From Amoebophrya sp. A120 (lineage: Eukaryota; Protista; Dinoflagellata): a stretch of DNA of 64,000 bases. Numbering within the stretch: the first letter of the stretch is position 1; each line of letters begins with the position of its first letter. The notes beneath the pieces are model-generated. The model had not been told where the DNA came from. It was given only the letters and a program-made list of their open reading frames with translations, and did not search any database. The stretch lies in contig CAJINV010000005.1 in assembly GCA_905178155.1 (NCBI GenBank), forward strand, positions 7,556,989-7,620,988, written 5' to 3'. Shown piece after piece: positions 60,101 through 64,000 of this stretch. The position numbers were made by a program, and so were the translations under genes.

Positions 60101-62752
60101 CAGTCGAAGGGGTCGAAATTCTCCGTCCTGGATTACGCCGAGGATGAGCAAATTGGGCCGTTCACCGTTTCCCCGAGAGTATGCATTGCAATATATGTCT
60201 GGGTGGTCTGGAAGAGCGCAAGCTTCTGATGCGAATTTCAAATGACACAAGTATCTGTCATGCATGGACAGCAAAAGTTGCGCACTTCTTATCACCGAAG
60301 GCGGGGATTTGTCATGCGGATTAGGCATGAAGAACCCTCCTTAGAACCTGTGATGCTAGTGCTGGCATGCCAGACCTGCTTGGTAAGGCAAAAAACAGCA
60401 TGAGAAACATCTGCATTCGTCCAGACATGATCCAGGGATATTTGCATTTCATAGAGAGCCAGGCATTCCTTTCGACGCTCGAACCGCCACGTGGAGCAGG
60501 AACTACTCGACCGGGATTTTCGCCGGACCAGGAACGTATCAAATGTAAAAATGTCTGGGTCTGGAAGAATGCAACTTGTCATGCTAAATCTTAAGCATGC
60601 AAAAATCTGTGCTGCATGATTACCAAAAGTCGTCCAGTTTTGACCAAGTCGGGAGGGAGTTTCTCATGCAGGATAGGCATGAGAGAGATCGCACAGCTTC
60701 TGTCATGCTAGGTCCTGCATTCCAGACCTCATGGGTCATGGAAAAGCTGCATGACAAATCGCGCACTCTTCCAGACCCAGACACTTTTGCATTCGATAGA
60801 ACGATTACGCGTACCACAAGGACGCGCTGCAGGTGTTAGAAGAGCAGAATCTCATGCAGAAAGGCGCCTTAGATCGACAGAATTACACGCCGAAGAACGC
60901 GATTAAACAAAAGATCACGCATTCGAAAATGAAGACGATTCTGTTAAACGGCTTCCGAAAGTTACTCGAAAACAGCAGCACGAATTCCGGGCAGACGCAC
61001 TCTTCCACCGCGGACGGGCCCAGTCGAAAACACTTACACAAAGAGGACTTTATGCATTGCAAATATGTTTGGGTCTGGAAACTTGTGATGCAAGGAAGGG
61101 AATAGTGAGCTCACCATAATGCGTTTCAAGCATGACAAGTTTTTTTCATGCTTCTGACTTGCGTATTCCGCATGAGAAACTGCGTTTTTGCATGACAGGG
61201 AGGAGGAGCTCTTCGCGGCCATGCAATACAGAGCTCACAGTCATGCCAGACTAGCACGACAAATATCGCAATCTCCCAGACCCAGACACATTTCGAATGC
61301 ATAGACTTGCACTTAAAGCAATTGTCTGAACACATCCACGAGATGGGACTGAATTTACCCGAAAAATACTTCCTCGATATGGACCACTACGCGCACCCGC
61401 GGATTGGCAGCGAAGAGAACTGGCCGAGGACAAGTTATTTGCAGAATTTCACGCATTTGGAGCGGACGAAAATGGTGCGGAAGTCGGTGGAGGAGACGAG
61501 TGTGAATTTTGCCCCGGATAAAATCAAGAAACAAGTCATCCGGGCGAATGTGTTGGATAACACGACGAGGAGCAGTAGAGGAATTTCTGGAAGTCAATCC
61601 CAAACCTCTACCCGGCGGTCTTCCAGGCGGGGGAGCAAAACTTCGGGGCCTTTGATTCCAGGAACGACGGGTGTGGCTAGCAAGGCTAGTGAATATGCTG
61701 GAACAACCAAAACTTCTGTTGCTGCAGCTCCTGGTACAACAGAAGGAGCTCCTCCTGCAGACGGCACACAAGAGCGTGCCCCCTCCTCTCCCCCAGCCGC
61801 GGCAATTCCGTCGACCGCGCAGTTGCATTTTCTGTCGGCGAAACGGAAGATGGCGTTGTTTGTCAGTCCGAAGGTGGAGTTGCAGGCGAAACGGGACAAG
61901 GTGGCGTTGACAAGACGAGAAAAGGTCCCGTCGAAGCAGGCGAGTTCGGGTGGGGAAGTGATGGATTTGACCCATGTGGAAGTGGTGGACAACGTGGTGA
62001 TGCATGGTGGAGCGGCTGCGGTGTCAGGACCAACAGCGGCTGGAACTGTTACTGCCTCCTCATCTCTGAGCAATCGAGGGGGAGTTGGTGGCGGTGCTGA
62101 AGGGGACGAGGACGCAGTTGTGGGTGATCAACAAGCGCTGGACGAACAGGCACAACAAATGATGAAAGCAGGGGAGCTACAACAAGCTCAAGATGACGAA
62201 AAAGCTTCTCCACAAACCCGCACGTCCGGGCGCGCTTCTTTGAAGCAGCGGGATCCTGTGACTTTGCAGGATTCTCTCACGCACACGCCAACCACTGTAC
62301 CAGCTGGTGAGCAAGGAAGTAATCTTCTTACGGGTGCAGGTCCTCCTGGCAACACGACTGATGGCGCAACAGCTGGTCCCGAGTCTAGCAACACAAATAG
62401 TGCCAACGGGGCACAACAACCGGCAAAAGCAAATGCCGACGAAGAATCGGAGAACCAGCCGCACGACATGAACCTAGCGGAAACTTCTTCCGCCGGGACC
62501 GCCGCAAAACCACTTCCGCCCCCAAGGACGACTACGACTTTGGATGAGGACATCGTGGACGAAAATTTATTGGACACCACGAAAAGCAACGTCGGCATTG
62601 AAGACCAGGATGGTATTGAGTCTGAGCTAGGTGAGAAGACGTTTCACTTAGACGAAGGTATCGCCGGGTCGAAGCAGACGAATGTCGAAGAGGTGAAGGA
62701 GCCCGAAGACCCCGCACTGCACGATAACCACTTGTTGAATGGGGGGAGGTAG
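57101..62752 (+). CDS. Large hypothetical charged/low-complexity protein; 9 exons
   Basis: Frame continuous across 8 introners, including a 25-nt exon at 59065-59089; no domain recognised. Confidence 0.75.
57996..58216. mobile_element. Introner family J
   Basis: J TIR; TSD ACAGG (GT-AG compatible). Confidence 0.92.
58404..58553. mobile_element. Introner family B
   Basis: B TIR; TSD TGAAT. Confidence 0.92.
58793..59059. mobile_element. Introner family D (D3)
   Basis: D TIR; TSD AAACG/AGACG. Confidence 0.92.
59090..59341. mobile_element. Introner family D (D1, 252 bp)
   Basis: D TIR; TSD GGTAA. Confidence 0.93.
59827..60063. mobile_element. Introner family E
   Basis: TIR TATGGCGTTCTCAAA.GTTACA; TSD TAAGT. 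Confidence 0.93.
60180..60453. mobile_element. Introner family D (diverged)
   Basis: D-like TIR with indels; TSD GAGAG. Confidence 0.88.
60537..60798. mobile_element. Introner family D (D2, reversed vs 44097)
   Basis: D TIR; TSD GAACG. Confidence 0.93.
61051..61303. mobile_element. Introner family D (D4, reversed vs 5210)
   Basis: D TIR; TSD GACTT. Confidence 0.92.
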
Positions 62753-64000
62753 AGACAACATTCATCTGCTGGGTGTACTAGGATATTAGTTGCTGTCGTG
62801 AAGTAGATACATAGGTTCTACTTGCAAAGAAGTCGCTCACGGCTGCCAGTATACAAGAACCGCTAGAGTAAACTACAGATGACTACATCTACTACATCTT
62901 CTCACGCTAGAAACGAATTTCGGTTTCTGTCACATTCTTGTCATCAACAGGTGAGGAACAAAATATGTAAGCTGCACGCTCACACGAAAAGTCATTTTTT
63001 CTTTTAGTTTTAGAAGTATACTGCTATTGTTTTTGTTATCATTTGAAACTGAAAGTGAAAGCAAATCCAAATGCTCTATCTTCAACAAACAAACTGCGTA
63101 CAACTGGTTAAGTGCTCTCCGAGCTTTTAGTTTTTTCCAAATACAGGTCCTGAACATGGCCAGTCGCAGTCCTTTGTGCCAGCATGAAAATCATGCGAGT
63201 CCGTAATTTCCGACACGAATAAAAACCGTGGCTATTCTGGTTCGTAGCTGCTGACTATCTTTTTTCATCAGTTTCGATTCTTCAATTTGATTTTGAAACC
63301 CGACCCGGCGCGGAAGCTCTTCCATTTTTACTTCACATCGCAGAGTCGAAATCGTCATGTGTTGCGCTTGCATTGTCTCGGTCGGGAAAAAAATCTTTGT
63401 TTCCAGCATTCACCCTCCTTATGTCAGGGCGTGGGCGGGACAATTCTATTCACACACATGAGCTGTCTGTGTCTGTATCTATCTTTCGGTTGAGAACAAG
63501 ACCACCCTCGGATGAGAAAAGCCTGGCTCTACTCGGTTTTCGTGCAGCTGCGGAGTGCTTCAGTGACTACTTCTAGCCCGCCTTTTTTAAGTATTTGTAA
63601 TTGTATTTCGTGCTTTGGAGAAAAAAGTCGCTTAACATCTTTTTCCGCGAAAACATCTCGGTCTTTTTTGCAGGTTCGTCGCTGTGGCGCAGCTTCTTTG
63701 CGCGTTTTATCGGTCCTTCTATCTTGGCACGTTTCGCGTACATTGAAGCGGTCTTTGTCGGTGTCGCTACTCGTCCTTTTTGCAGCAGTCCGGAGAAGAA
63801 TTGCAGCGTCTTCGCCGACGTTAGCTCTGTTGTGGAGCTGGAGCAGAACAAGTCAAAGTTTTGTCTAGCTTGAAGAAAAGTCGGTGCCGGTTTGCAGACT
63901 GGAAATAAGTTTGACGGAATGGCGCGAGGACAACGTGTCGTTTGCTATAGTTGTGAAATTTCGGTTATAGAATTTATTAGAATTTCAATTTTTTCATATT

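Noticed and set aside
298-61303. Recurring short ORF peptides (CKNVWVWK, MSGSGR, VQKYRTR, FQTQTFLHLI) as a repeated protein domain
   Set aside because: They are translations of the introner TIRs in different frames and strands, not coding sequence.
298-61303. CRISPR array or integron attC cassettes
   Set aside because: Repeats are dispersed inverted pairs with TSDs inside eukaryotic genes; there is no repeat-spacer periodicity, cas gene or integrase.
4463-62752. Stop-codon reassignment to explain the broken ORFs
   Set aside because: In-frame stops fall within removable elements; spliced exons are open in the standard code and end with TAA, TAG or TGA.

Overview
Compact eukaryotic genomic DNA. 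The architecture matches the parasitic syndinian dinoflagellate Amoebophrya; that assignment is inferred from architecture, not from a database match. About 11 protein-coding genes all lie on the + strand: a D-2-hydroxyacid dehydrogenase, a very large DUF547 protein, a PPP phosphatase fragment, an EH-domain/synergin-like adaptor, two CxxC low-complexity proteins, a small membrane protein, an alpha-arrestin, an IMP1/IMP2-like acylated protein and two unknown proteins. The only long - strand ORF is a non-LTR retrotransposon (RT + RNase H, no recognisable endonuclease). The dominant feature is 63 short (108-327 bp) MITE-like 'introner' elements from about 11 terminal-inverted-repeat (TIR) families. 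Nearly all start with TA(T), end with (A)TA and are flanked by a 5-bp target-site duplication (TSD). All lie inside coding sequence, and removing the element plus one TSD copy restores the reading frame, mostly without GT-AG ends. Such inverted/direct-repeat introners are already reported for Amoebophrya. This window adds details that bear on the unknown excision mechanism: (i) the same subfamily is inserted in both orientations in sense-strand genes; (ii) TSD mismatches are mostly synonymous; (iii) a TTGT(C/A/G)ATGC motif is shared across families; (iv) 5-nt spacing is kept after the TSD decays; (v) some copies appear to be converting to GT-AG introns. Coordinates were counted by hand and may be off by a base.
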